Source of the DNA: a virus
Taxonomy: Duplodnaviria; Caudoviricetes
Strand: one strand, 5' to 3'
Length of the DNA stretch: 41,975 bases
IMG/VR virus record: IMGVR_UViG_3300049228_000080
Coordinates: 1 to 41,975 of that record
Under the pieces are notes generated by a model. It was not told the origin of the DNA. It saw only the letters and a program-made list of their open reading frames with translations, and made no database searches. Of the stretch, positions 1-7,380 are shown in pieces. Position 1 is the first letter of the stretch. Every line of letters starts with the position of its first letter. A program made the position numbers and the translations under genes.

Positions 1-427
1 GAATCCAGTCGTGGAGTTCTGTTTGTTCACTTGCCACCATCCCCAAGTAACGATCAGCAGAAGGCTTGAGACTAAGAGTAGCTGCGTAAGGATCAGCGAG
101 AAAGAGGAGGTACATTGTGTCATGTATGCGTTTCCATTCATGCCAGGGGTAATTCGCTACGCCATCACAGAAGTATTCGCCAGCGACTGTAACATCAAAT
201 CCAGCGTGGTGGAAAAGTAGAGGGAGTTTTGTGTCGTAGATAAGCTTGCGAATGTAACTTCTACAATCTCCCCACGTACAATTATTTCCACTTGGGTGAC
301 CCCATGACATATAGGCTGGCTCTTGTCCAGGCACCCAGACAGCAAGACCAACAGGTCGTGGAGGGTTAACAATGGGATTCCCTACGATGGCTTCAGTTTC
401 GAAGTCAAGCGTGATTAGATCGATCAA
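1..427 (-). CDS. polA: DNA polymerase A, N-terminal 3'-5' exonuclease domain (partial; runs off window start)
   Basis: Not in the ORF track. Manual translation from TTG at 427 gives MIDLITLDFETEAI...LLFHHAGFDV...IHDTMYLLFL (ExoI DxE and ExoII-like motifs), open to base 1. It complements the polymerase domain at the window end. Confidence 0.85.
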   Translation of the reverse strand, partial: MIDLITLDFETEAIVGNPIVNPPRPVGLAVWVPGQEPAYMSWGHPSGNNCTWGDCRSYIRKLIYDTKLPLLFHHAGFDVTVAGEYFCDGVANYPWHEWKRIHDTMYLLFLADPYAATLSLKPSADRYLGMVASEQTELHDWI

Positions 428-445
428 TGGTCGTTCCCCTAGAGA

Positions 446-514
446 TGGGTCCCCGGTGGGAGTTGCACCCACGCATCCTGTTTCCAGGGTTCTCCTGTCT
501 GAACTACGGGGACC
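446..514 (-). ncRNA. tRNA-like element lacking a canonical anticodon loop
   Basis: Minus strand reads GGTCCCCG-TA-GTTC(AGACAGGA)GAAC-CCTG(GAAA)CAGG-ATGC-GTGGG(TGCAACT)CCCAC-CGGGGACC-CA: acceptor stem, U8A9, D arm and T arm with perfectly paired stems; intergenic. Confidence 0.75.
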
Positions 515-524
515 AGAAACTAGA

Positions 525-797
525 CTATTTCGTAATGTGCTTCACAGCCCACATGACGGCTTCTTCAATCTTGATCTTGGCCAGACTAAGTTCACGTGAC
601 TGACCAATATTGTCCATGTACTGGTGAAAATCCAAGCCCATGTCCTTGATTCTCTGCATCCGGGCCTTTTCACCATCATTCAACACCCTGTACTCGTGTC
701 GCATCACATTGTTAACGGTACGTTCGTCGCTAGCTGAGTCCACTTTCTGATTCATGGTAGTCCCCATGTTGTTTGTGTCATAGCCCGTAAATCCCAT
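525..797 (-). CDS. Acb2/Tad1-like helical-hairpin protein (putative nucleotide-signal sponge)
   Basis: YRVLNDGEKARMQRIKDMG resembles the Acb2 N-terminal helix; SRELSLAKIKIEEAVMWA resembles the Tad1/Acb2 C-terminal helix. Confidence 0.65.
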   Translation of the reverse strand: MGFTGYDTNNMGTTMNQKVDSASDERTVNNVMRHEYRVLNDGEKARMQRIKDMGLDFHQYMDNIGQSRELSLAKIKIEEAVMWAVKHITK

Positions 798-798
798 A

Positions 799-1539
799 TT
801 AGAACTTACGCTCTTTCGCTGGCTTCATCGGGTCCGACCCAGCAACCACCAGTCCAGAACTGTCATAAGGAGTAAGAAGAATGTCATTCGCACCAGGAAT
901 TCTAGCATGGACTTCCCCCAAGAGCTCATCGGGAATTCTGTCGATCGCCTTGAAATTCACCTCAAACTGATTAACCGGATGAGGGCGTGCGCTGATGTTG
1001 GCGATCATTCCCCACGGGGGTCTGGTGTACTCCGCAACCAGCGCATTAACGAAAGTTCCCCAGTACTTAACTGATGTGACAGGAATTGTGATAACGGCCA
1101 GCTCAGCTGTCTTAATGTTTCCTGATTTGATACAGTCAGCTGGTAGAAGTGCCAGCCTCCGGCGCTCTTTACAAGGCTTATGATTTTTTCCAGGTCTTTT
1201 GGGATTTGACTGCCACTTCCCCATTTCACAAAGGTCACATCGTTCAGCTTGCCGGTTGCTAGCCTTGTCGCTAGGGACCATCTCTTCCCCTGACGTCGAG
1301 AGTGCAAAGCAATCAGGCGGCTGAATGTTGTTGGGATCAAAGGGTTTGGTGTCATAGCGATTCTCTACTGCGCTTGAGAGAATAATGCAGCTCAGGTTAT
1401 TGCCTGGAATGGCCTGACCCTGATACATCATAACCCCTGCACGGAGACCGATTTGGGAGACTGCCGGTCGTTCCCTACTCGCGAGTTCCTTGGCAGACGT
1501 AGCGAGTTCGTCTGCCCAGTTCACCAGTTCATTTGTCAT
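799..1539 (-). CDS. putative ssDNA-binding/recombination protein with Cys motifs
   Basis: 246 aa with PDCF, CxxC and PCKERRRLA pattern typical of phage SSB-like proteins found next to polA. Confidence 0.55.
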   Translation of the reverse strand: MTNELVNWADELATSAKELASRERPAVSQIGLRAGVMMYQGQAIPGNNLSCIILSSAVENRYDTKPFDPNNIQPPDCFALSTSGEEMVPSDKASNRQAERCDLCEMGKWQSNPKRPGKNHKPCKERRRLALLPADCIKSGNIKTAELAVITIPVTSVKYWGTFVNALVAEYTRPPWGMIANISARPHPVNQFEVNFKAIDRIPDELLGEVHARIPGANDILLTPYDSSGLVVAGSDPMKPAKERKF

Positions 1540-1580
1540 TTTGCTACCTATGAATTAGACCCTGATTTCAGGGTCATGAT

Positions 1581-1609
1581 AGGATAGCAAATGGGGCCTC
1601 GCAGTGCAA
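1581..1609 (-). promoter_or_regulatory. sigma70-type promoter
   Basis: Minus strand TTGCAC-N17-TATCCT with an extended -10 TG, upstream of the SSB-like gene. Confidence 0.55.
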
Positions 1610-1627
1610 GGCCCCCCGAGCTATTTG

Positions 1628-1945
1628 CTAGCCGAAAATATCGTCAATGAGAGCTTTAACCGGGTCTTTAGCTTTTTCTTTTGACGATTCGAAGCCCTGA
1701 ATCTTCTCGTAGTATTCCAGTGGCAAGTCATTTGACTTTATAGCCACCATACCCCTCTTTTCCCCATTTTCAATCAATCTGCAGAAGGAAACTTCTACAG
1801 GAACTACGCCCCCATCTTTGCCAGGAAGGTCAACGTTAACCCCTCTAGCAGTGGCCATTATGTGAGTTTCTACTCCAGTCAGCACTGGGTAGTCCGGCAC
1901 CGTGCCAATGAGCTTTCCAGGATTACAGCAACATCTTACGTCCAT
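1628..1945 (-). CDS. hypothetical protein
   Basis: 105-aa ORF with AGGTGG Shine-Dalgarno, packed in the operon. Confidence 0.65.
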   Translation of the reverse strand: MDVRCCCNPGKLIGTVPDYPVLTGVETHIMATARGVNVDLPGKDGGVVPVEVSFCRLIENGEKRGMVAIKSNDLPLEYYEKIQGFESSKEKAKDPVKALIDDIFG

Positions 1946-1948
1946 AAT

Positions 1949-2038
1949 TCACCACCTTTGTTTAGTGATCCACGCAATTATGTCCGGCAGCTTCCACCCT
2001 AGGTAGAGGCATACCAGCATTAGAATGGCTCGTTTCAC
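1949..2038 (-). CDS. small membrane protein (29 aa)
   Basis: GTG start, MKRAILMLVCLYLGWKLPDIIAWITKQRW; fills the gap between neighbours. Confidence 0.45.
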   Translation of the reverse strand: MKRAILMLVCLYLGWKLPDIIAWITKQRW

Positions 2039-2039
2039 G

Positions 2040-2207
2040 CTATTCTATCCACACCCACAGAAGAGATGCTACAGCTCCAACAAGGGGCGCGAGTTGTTTG
2101 AGCTCAGGAAAAAAGAATTCAAAGGCGTAGTGAGCTACCGTGGCAGCTACGATGCCTACGGTAACGACAACTTGACATCTCCGGTGCTTGCTCGGAGAAT
2201 AGGTCAT
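2040..2207 (-). CDS. small membrane protein
   Basis: MTYSPS... with two hydrophobic segments; ATGA overlap with the upstream stop. Confidence 0.55.
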   Translation of the reverse strand: MTYSPSKHRRCQVVVTVGIVAATVAHYAFEFFFPELKQLAPLVGAVASLLWVWIE

Positions 2208-2413
2208 TCTTCTAATTTCACCAGCCAGAAAGCTATGCCCATCACGAGTAAGGCTAGGGCCGCGATATGATACGGCCCGTGGCTCGCCACCATGCTGAAG
2301 TACGCTAGGTGCGTCGCATGGTGAGTCCTTTTGAAGGCCATATGGTGAATGTGTGCGAAATTTTGGCATGCCGCCCACCGATGTGTCAACCACAATATCA
2401 GGTAGTCATACAT
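2204..2413 (-). CDS. small His-rich membrane protein
   Basis: AAGGAG Shine-Dalgarno; hydrophobic C-terminus. Confidence 0.55.
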   Translation of the reverse strand: MYDYLILWLTHRWAACQNFAHIHHMAFKRTHHATHLAYFSMVASHGPYHIAALALLVMGIAFWLVKLEE

Positions 2414-2427
2414 GTGACTACTCCTTA

Positions 2428-2461
2428 AATAGGAAGAGGGCCTCAGGTTTCCCCGAGGCCC
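2428..2461 (-). terminator. hairpin, probable terminator
   Basis: GGGCCTC...GAGGCCC stem followed on the minus strand by TCTTCCTATTT. Confidence 0.45.
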
Positions 2462-2475
2462 CCAGGATTCACCCC

Positions 2476-2697
2476 TTAGTCTTCCATTTCCTCTTTACTT
2501 TCTTTATCAAGTTCCGCCACGGCATCCGCAATGGGGCCGCCACCTTCATCGGCTTCGGCTTGGGCCTCATCGAGAATGGGGGTTCCATCGGCGATGCCCA
2601 GCTCCTCCATCACCGTTTCCGTGGCTGCCCCGCCACCATCACGGATATTCTGTGCCACCGCTTCCCGCTGTTCTTGTGTCGGTCGTTCTTTGCTCAT
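2476..2697 (-). CDS. small acidic hypothetical protein
   Basis: 73 aa, very D/E-rich; coupled to the upstream gene. Confidence 0.65.
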   Translation of the reverse strand: MSKERPTQEQREAVAQNIRDGGGAATETVMEELGIADGTPILDEAQAEADEGGGPIADAVAELDKESKEEMED

Positions 2698-2918
2698 ATT
2701 CTACTCTCTGGTTGTTGGTAATATCCACTTTCCACATCGTGTCGCTTCTTCAAGCGTACACATCCCCAAGCATCGTGGCCGTAAACGAACGCACGCTGCT
2801 CAAGACACTGTTCTGTAATAGACCTCCTGCCTGCTCCGTAGGAGATCAAGCAACCCGCTAAAAAGACAAGGGATAATATGGCTCCCGTAATCATACCACT
2901 GATTCGGTCAGTATTCAT
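2694..2918 (-). CDS. small membrane protein
   Basis: N-terminal hydrophobic helix; downstream of a TATAAT promoter. Confidence 0.6.
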   Translation of the reverse strand: MNTDRISGMITGAILSLVFLAGCLISYGAGRRSITEQCLEQRAFVYGHDAWGCVRLKKRHDVESGYYQQPESRI

Positions 2919-2954
2919 TGTGTGGTCTGCCCTGTATCCCCGCCTGTGGCGCCT

Positions 2955-2977
2955 ATTATATGTGGGGACTTTGTCCG
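2955..2977 (-). promoter_or_regulatory. promoter of the CGGACAA-N10-(-10) class
   Basis: CGGACAA-AGTCCCCACA-TATAAT; same geometry at 5997-6023 and 31928-31954. Confidence 0.55.
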
Positions 2978-2989
2978 AGTGTAGCCGGA

Positions 2990-3018
2990 TTGCTCAAAAG
3001 TACGAGCAGGCGTATACT
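2990..3018 (+). promoter_or_regulatory. sigma70-type promoter for the primase-helicase
   Basis: TTGCTC-N17-TATACT, divergent from the 2955 promoter. Confidence 0.55.
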
Positions 3019-3162
3019 GGGCTCCCCGTTTCGTCATCTAAAACGAAAAACCCTGAGTCAGGAGGGGAGCCCAACTCAGGGATTCGTAGTGACTTGGGCG
3101 TACCGGGGCCGGTCACATATCAGCACTCTACCCCTCCCCTAGGTAGATTGCAAGGGGATCTT

Positions 3163-5148
3163 ATGACAGAAGTTACGCAGTTACGAGTACTTCCTTTCAA
3201 GGTACCTCGCCCTGCCGAAACTCAATTCTTTTCTTCTACCAATGATGATTCTCAGAATATAGCCTTCATGAGGAAAGACCTTGAGAAATCAGGTCTTGAA
3301 CCAAATGACTTGTATGCATACACGACTCCGATGCTGCGGAAGGACGGTGCTTCTGCGGGGTACGGAATTCCTTACTTCGGGTTGGATGGTAGAGCGCTTG
3401 TGGATCGTGAAGGATTTCCCGTCATGTGGCGAGCTCGGTTTAAGTTGCCTGAATTCTCCAAAGACTCCAGGTATACCCAGCCCTCAGGAGAGCAACTCTT
3501 AAAGTACGACCTTCCCACATACGTTCCCTACATCCACCCTCTCACATTGAGTCTTGAAGGAGATACTCTTGTCTGCTGTGAAGGAGAAAAGAAGTCAGTC
3601 GCTGTCCTCAAGCACCTACATTTCCCTGCCTTCGGCATTGGTGGGTGTCAAATGTGGAGAAATCCAGACAGAAGTGGGTCTATCCATCCGTGGATACTTA
3701 AGCTCGCGGCCATACGGGGGATTTCCAAATTCCTCATTATCCCAGATGGCGACGTTATGCGCTATGATATCTGCGCAGCTTACGGAACTTTTGCTCACTC
3801 ACTCCGTGGTTCCGGGTTTACCGTTGAGATTGTTGCTACCAAAGGCAAGATTGACGATCTCCTTAGTGAATGGGGACCCAGAGCGAGAGAGAATTTTGCA
3901 GCACTCAGTAGAATCGATCCTGACACCTTGGTACAAAGCCCAGATATGCTGGCGAAACGATATAATCTTGCTTTCCGCCAAGACTCTAAAGGCGGGATTA
4001 CTGTACATCAGCACACCGCCAACATAATGAAATTGATGGAGGAACACGATGCCTTCCCAAAGTTATGGCGAAATACAGATACGAATAGAGTCATGGTGGG
4101 CGAGGTGGCTGCTCAGCCTGACCTTACGGAAATGGACATCGCTAACTATTTCCAGCACAACCTGCGATTTGACAAAGTCACAAGTCGTATTGTTTACCAG
4201 TGCATCCAAGCGCTTGCCAAACGAAATTCTAGAAGCCCCTTCCTTGAGTATGTCAGAAGTACGGTGTGGGACGGTCAATCCAGATTGGACACGTGGCTAT
4301 CTCGCCTTTGGGCAGTTGAGGATAGTAGTTACATCAGAGAAGTGTCCGCTAAATGGCTTGTCAGCGCTTGTGCACGACTGGACAAACCGGGTACAAAAAT
4401 AGATTGGATGCTTATTGTCATTGGCCCCCAAGCCACAGGCAAGACCAGCATGCCGGGGATCGTATTCAACGGTCTCAGTCGTAACCTTTACGGGGACCAC
4501 GACAATAAAGACCTCCACATGCTACTCCACTCAGGTATCTGCGTGTGTTTTGACGAATTGGACTCCTTCGGCAAGAAGGAGAGTTCAAACCTTAAAGCGA
4601 TGATCACCACAAATGAAGACGCCTTTAGACCCCCTTATGGAGCTTCGGTTGAAATATTTCCAAGGAGATTCACTCTTTACGGATGTGGAAATCGATATGA
4701 GTTTCTCCAACACGATCCCAGTGGATATCGTAGGTATGCGGTTGTTGAGGTTGATAAACTACTTGACTTCAGCGGGCTTGAGGGTGAGCGTGATCAACTG
4801 TGGGCCGAAGCTTGGCACAGATACAGCGAAGGAGGGGTAAAGTTTTGGGAAGTCGATGGTGCATCCAAGGAAGCTGACAAGTATGTTGTCGCTAATCCTG
4901 TAGAACAGATGATTGTTGGTCTGGTAGATCGTTACAAGAAACAACCCCCAGATGGAGTGGCGAGAGACGGGAAGCTGTACCTTACTCTGTCTGGCATCCA
5001 GGCATCCCTCGGCATGGAGATACTGAAGGGAAATACCTACCAGAATAGGGAGATGGGAGCGGTACTTCTTGGTTTGTACGGGAAGCCGAGGTCTTGCTCT
5101 GGCCCCAAGGGCGTGCAGAAGTACTACATCGTAGAAGTAGGTGGGTAA
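3163..5148 (+). CDS. DNA primase (Toprim/DUF3854-like) fused to a VirE-type P-loop helicase
   Basis: CCEGEKK Toprim motif and PDGD; Walker A GPQATGKT, Walker B CFDELD; RPPYG and GYRRY VirE motifs. Start taken at ATG 3163 after AAGGGG. Confidence 0.85.
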   Translation: MTEVTQLRVLPFKVPRPAETQFFSSTNDDSQNIAFMRKDLEKSGLEPNDLYAYTTPMLRKDGASAGYGIPYFGLDGRALVDREGFPVMWRARFKLPEFSKDSRYTQPSGEQLLKYDLPTYVPYIHPLTLSLEGDTLVCCEGEKKSVAVLKHLHFPAFGIGGCQMWRNPDRSGSIHPWILKLAAIRGISKFLIIPDGDVMRYDICAAYGTFAHSLRGSGFTVEIVATKGKIDDLLSEWGPRARENFAALSRIDPDTLVQSPDMLAKRYNLAFRQDSKGGITVHQHTANIMKLMEEHDAFPKLWRNTDTNRVMVGEVAAQPDLTEMDIANYFQHNLRFDKVTSRIVYQCIQALAKRNSRSPFLEYVRSTVWDGQSRLDTWLSRLWAVEDSSYIREVSAKWLVSACARLDKPGTKIDWMLIVIGPQATGKTSMPGIVFNGLSRNLYGDHDNKDLHMLLHSGICVCFDELDSFGKKESSNLKAMITTNEDAFRPPYGASVEIFPRRFTLYGCGNRYEFLQHDPSGYRRYAVVEVDKLLDFSGLEGERDQLWAEAWHRYSEGGVKFWEVDGASKEADKYVVANPVEQMIVGLVDRYKKQPPDGVARDGKLYLTLSGIQASLGMEILKGNTYQNREMGAVLLGLYGKPRSCSGPKGVQKYYIVEVGG

Positions 5149-5282
5149 AAGAAAGGCCCCCGATCCATTCTTCAGGCAATTAGGGGGCCTTCCTACCTCG
5201 GAGAGTCTAGCCGCGGACCCTACCTTACCGCTAGCTCAGTCAGTTTCGCCCGCGCACCCCTTAGTCTAATTCGGTAAAAGAA

Positions 5283-5310
5283 GGGCGGTAGCTTTCGGCT
5301 CACCGCCCCT
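5283..5310. terminator. hairpin terminator between convergent genes
   Basis: GGGCGGT...ACCGCCC stem with TTCTTTT on the minus side. Confidence 0.55.
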
Positions 5311-5315
5311 CTATT

Positions 5316-5696
5316 TCAGGCTGCGTTTTGGAGGCTCAGCACACCCTGTCGGCGGAAAAAACTCACCCAGCCGGTCGGGTTTTCTGCCGTCCCATTGCGG
5401 GTCAGGGAGGGGGGAGTTTTCTTGGTGTCTTCGATAAACTCCCCCTCCGTCTTTCCATCGAATTCCTTCAGGCGTATGTACCACGCCTGACGGTTCCCAC
5501 GGTAAACCATGTCGGTCTTGGTTACCTTGATCTTCAACGGGCGTGAGGGGTTGGCAGTGGTGGCGGCTTCAGCTGACACAGCAGTCGGTTGAACTGCAGC
5601 TGTCGCTGATACTCCTGCACTATCCGGTCCAGCCTTCTTGCCGATTTTGATCGCTTCACTTTTCACCTTGCCACCTTTCTTGTTTCGTTTGCTCAT
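5316..5696 (-). CDS. hypothetical protein, paralogue family A (copy 1)
   Basis: AGGAG Shine-Dalgarno; K/A-rich N-terminal tail plus an RGxRxxWY...PPSL...ExPxGWxxFF domain shared with 9350-9712 and 37261-37752. Confidence 0.85.
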   Translation of the reverse strand: MSKRNKKGGKVKSEAIKIGKKAGPDSAGVSATAAVQPTAVSAEAATTANPSRPLKIKVTKTDMVYRGNRQAWYIRLKEFDGKTEGEFIEDTKKTPPSLTRNGTAENPTGWVSFFRRQGVLSLQNAA

Positions 5697-5782
5697 TTCA
5701 GTTATCTCCTGTTGTGTTGCCGGGTTGCGTTCCGACTTACGTACCCCCGAATCACGCTAGGTTCACTGCCTAGCACTGGGTC

Positions 5783-5811
5783 AGCATAGCTTAGGAAATA
5801 GTCCATTACAA
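5783..5811 (-). promoter_or_regulatory. sigma70-type promoter
   Basis: TTGTAA-N17-TATGCT upstream of the gene starting at 5696. Confidence 0.55.
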
Positions 5812-5970
5812 GGGTGGATTATTCCCTTCCCTTCCATATTCCTTCTCACTGACCAGCGAGAACAGATGAGGTCCGCAGCCTGGATCATCTATGATCTTGT
5901 AGGTTGACTCGCCCCCTCCATTGGACCAAACTACGGTGAAGGTATCGTTCACGTACATTTCAATTCGCAT
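5806..5970 (-). CDS. hypothetical protein (54 aa)
   Basis: AGGAGG Shine-Dalgarno, MRIEMYVNDTFTVVWS...; below the ORF-track cutoff. Confidence 0.6.
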   Translation of the reverse strand: MRIEMYVNDTFTVVWSNGGGESTYKIIDDPGCGPHLFSLVSEKEYGREGNNPPL

Positions 5971-5996
5971 AAACCCTCCTACTAACCACCTGGGCC

Positions 5997-6023
5997 AGTG
6001 TACTACAGAGAATTGTCCGGAGC
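5997..6023 (-). promoter_or_regulatory. promoter of the CGGACAA-N10-(-10) class
   Basis: GCTCCGGACAA-TTCTCTGTAG-TACACT. Confidence 0.55.
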
Positions 6024-6258
6024 TATTAGGGGCTGCTCGAGCATTGGGGCAGGGGGCCTTGGTGTGGGGCCTGCCTTAGCAAATCCGCTTGCTCAAAGGG
6101 CTCGTATGCTGTAATAGGGCACATCGCGGCGGGTGGGCGCGGTGGCGCACATATACAAGGTGTGACATGGTGTGAGTCACGAGTAAAAGAGCATATTATC
6201 TAAATTGTCCTATGCTACATTGGCACCCTTGGCAGGCTATACACAACGCGAGGGTTTT

Positions 6259-6453
6259 ATGCTTCCCAAATTTAACCTCACCATTTTCTACTACCCACCG
6301 GTTGATCCTGCTGGGAACATGCTAGATCCAGGTTGGTATTGGCAGTACCTGGATAACTCAATGGCCCCCACTGCCGACCCCCAGGGGCCGTTTGAAACTG
6401 TGGCCGAGTGTGCAGCGGCCCTCGCTATGTGGGCGAAGGAAGAGCATGTATGA
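6259..6453 (+). CDS. small acidic early protein, paralogue family B (copy 1)
   Basis: GAGGG Shine-Dalgarno; YY...GWY...PxGPF/YxT motif shared with 7827-8075. Confidence 0.7.
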   Translation: MLPKFNLTIFYYPPVDPAGNMLDPGWYWQYLDNSMAPTADPQGPFETVAECAAALAMWAKEEHV

Positions 6454-6644
6454 AACTGCTACGGGCTGAAGTCACAGTGCACTCGGTGTACCCACTGAAC
6501 TTCATTGCGTACGTAGGGGACGTAATGGAACTTAGAAAGATTTGTGGCATTCTCTCTGCCGGCCAGCCGCATGCTGTGACGTATAGGCTGAGCGATAGTG
6601 AAAATACCATGAATATCCCCAAGTATCTAATACAGGCGGAGTGA
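6450..6644 (+). CDS. hypothetical protein
   Basis: ATGA-coupled ORF, MKLLRAEV... Confidence 0.6.
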   Translation: MKLLRAEVTVHSVYPLNFIAYVGDVMELRKICGILSAGQPHAVTYRLSDSENTMNIPKYLIQAE

Positions 6645-6647
6645 CCT

Positions 6648-7031
6648 ATGAAACTGAAAGAGTTTCCCCTTGTCATGCGGGCGTTCAGGGAAATTGAACT
6701 TGACAGTGGAGGGTTCCTGGCGCGGGCGCTGAATCCTGAGGTCGAGGTGCCTGAATATTGGGAAGTTCCCTTCAGAGCAGCAGAGGAAGTATTCATTCGC
6801 TGTGGTGGCCGCTGGGTGGTGGATGTATCAGAGCTGTTTGGAAAGGAAGAATACAATCACAACACCCCACTCTGGCAGGTTGTAGCAATACCTGTCAATG
6901 AAGATGATAAAGTGGTTTACAGAGCACTGGGCATTGGAAGGCTAGATGGCTGGGTCACCAGCCATCTGTTGGGCCAATTCTTTGATGGCGAGTTAGCTGG
7001 GAAATTCACTACTGAAAGGAAACCTTTGTGA
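6648..7031 (+). CDS. hypothetical protein
   Basis: 127 aa, GGAG Shine-Dalgarno, operon packing. Confidence 0.7.
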   Translation: MKLKEFPLVMRAFREIELDSGGFLARALNPEVEVPEYWEVPFRAAEEVFIRCGGRWVVDVSELFGKEEYNHNTPLWQVVAIPVNEDDKVVYRALGIGRLDGWVTSHLLGQFFDGELAGKFTTERKPL

Positions 7032-7234
7032 AAATGACAACGCTGTTGGTGATGTTGATGGTGTCCGGCTGTACCACGATGGAACAGCATCCCCGAGCGA
7101 CTAAGATTATCGGGGCCACGCTGGCCGTGGGCCTCATTGGATTCGCTGCCACGCACAACCAGCCTGGAGGGAGAGATACACATGATGCTCAGGTCCCCAC
7201 CGCGCCCGTGTGCTCGCAAGGGGTCTGCAAATGA
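7028..7234 (+). CDS. putative lipoprotein
   Basis: Signal peptide with lipobox VSG-C, then a second hydrophobic segment. Confidence 0.6.
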   Translation: MKMTTLLVMLMVSGCTTMEQHPRATKIIGATLAVGLIGFAATHNQPGGRDTHDAQVPTAPVCSQGVCK

Positions 7235-7380
7235 TTGAAACTAGAGTCTGCCTTGGTTGCAAGCAGAAGGCAAGCAGTGAACGGGGAGGGGTATACTCCT
7301 TCATATTCCGTGGAGTGTCAGGATACTGGCATGAAATCTGCTTGCGTAGAGCAATGAAACAGCCGGAGAAAAAGAAATGA
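7231..7380 (+). CDS. small Cys/His-containing protein (49 aa)
   Basis: MIETRVCLGC...HEIC; ATGA-coupled at both ends. Confidence 0.55.
   Translation: MIETRVCLGCKQKASSERGGVYSFIFRGVSGYWHEICLRRAMKQPEKKK

Noticed and set aside
446-514. Canonical tRNA gene (e.g. Phe from GAA, or His from G-1:C73)
   Set aside because: The anticodon arm has a 4-bp stem and 4-nt loop and cannot present an anticodon; kept only as tRNA-like.
2878-3162. 95-aa N-terminal extension of the primase in the ORF track
   Set aside because: It spans divergent promoters and hairpins and overlaps an opposite-strand gene; ATG 3163 has a Shine-Dalgarno.
5195-5275. Possible hammerhead ribozyme (GAAAC/CTGA on the minus strand)
   Set aside because: Core elements are not in the right order or spacing, and the required stems cannot be formed.
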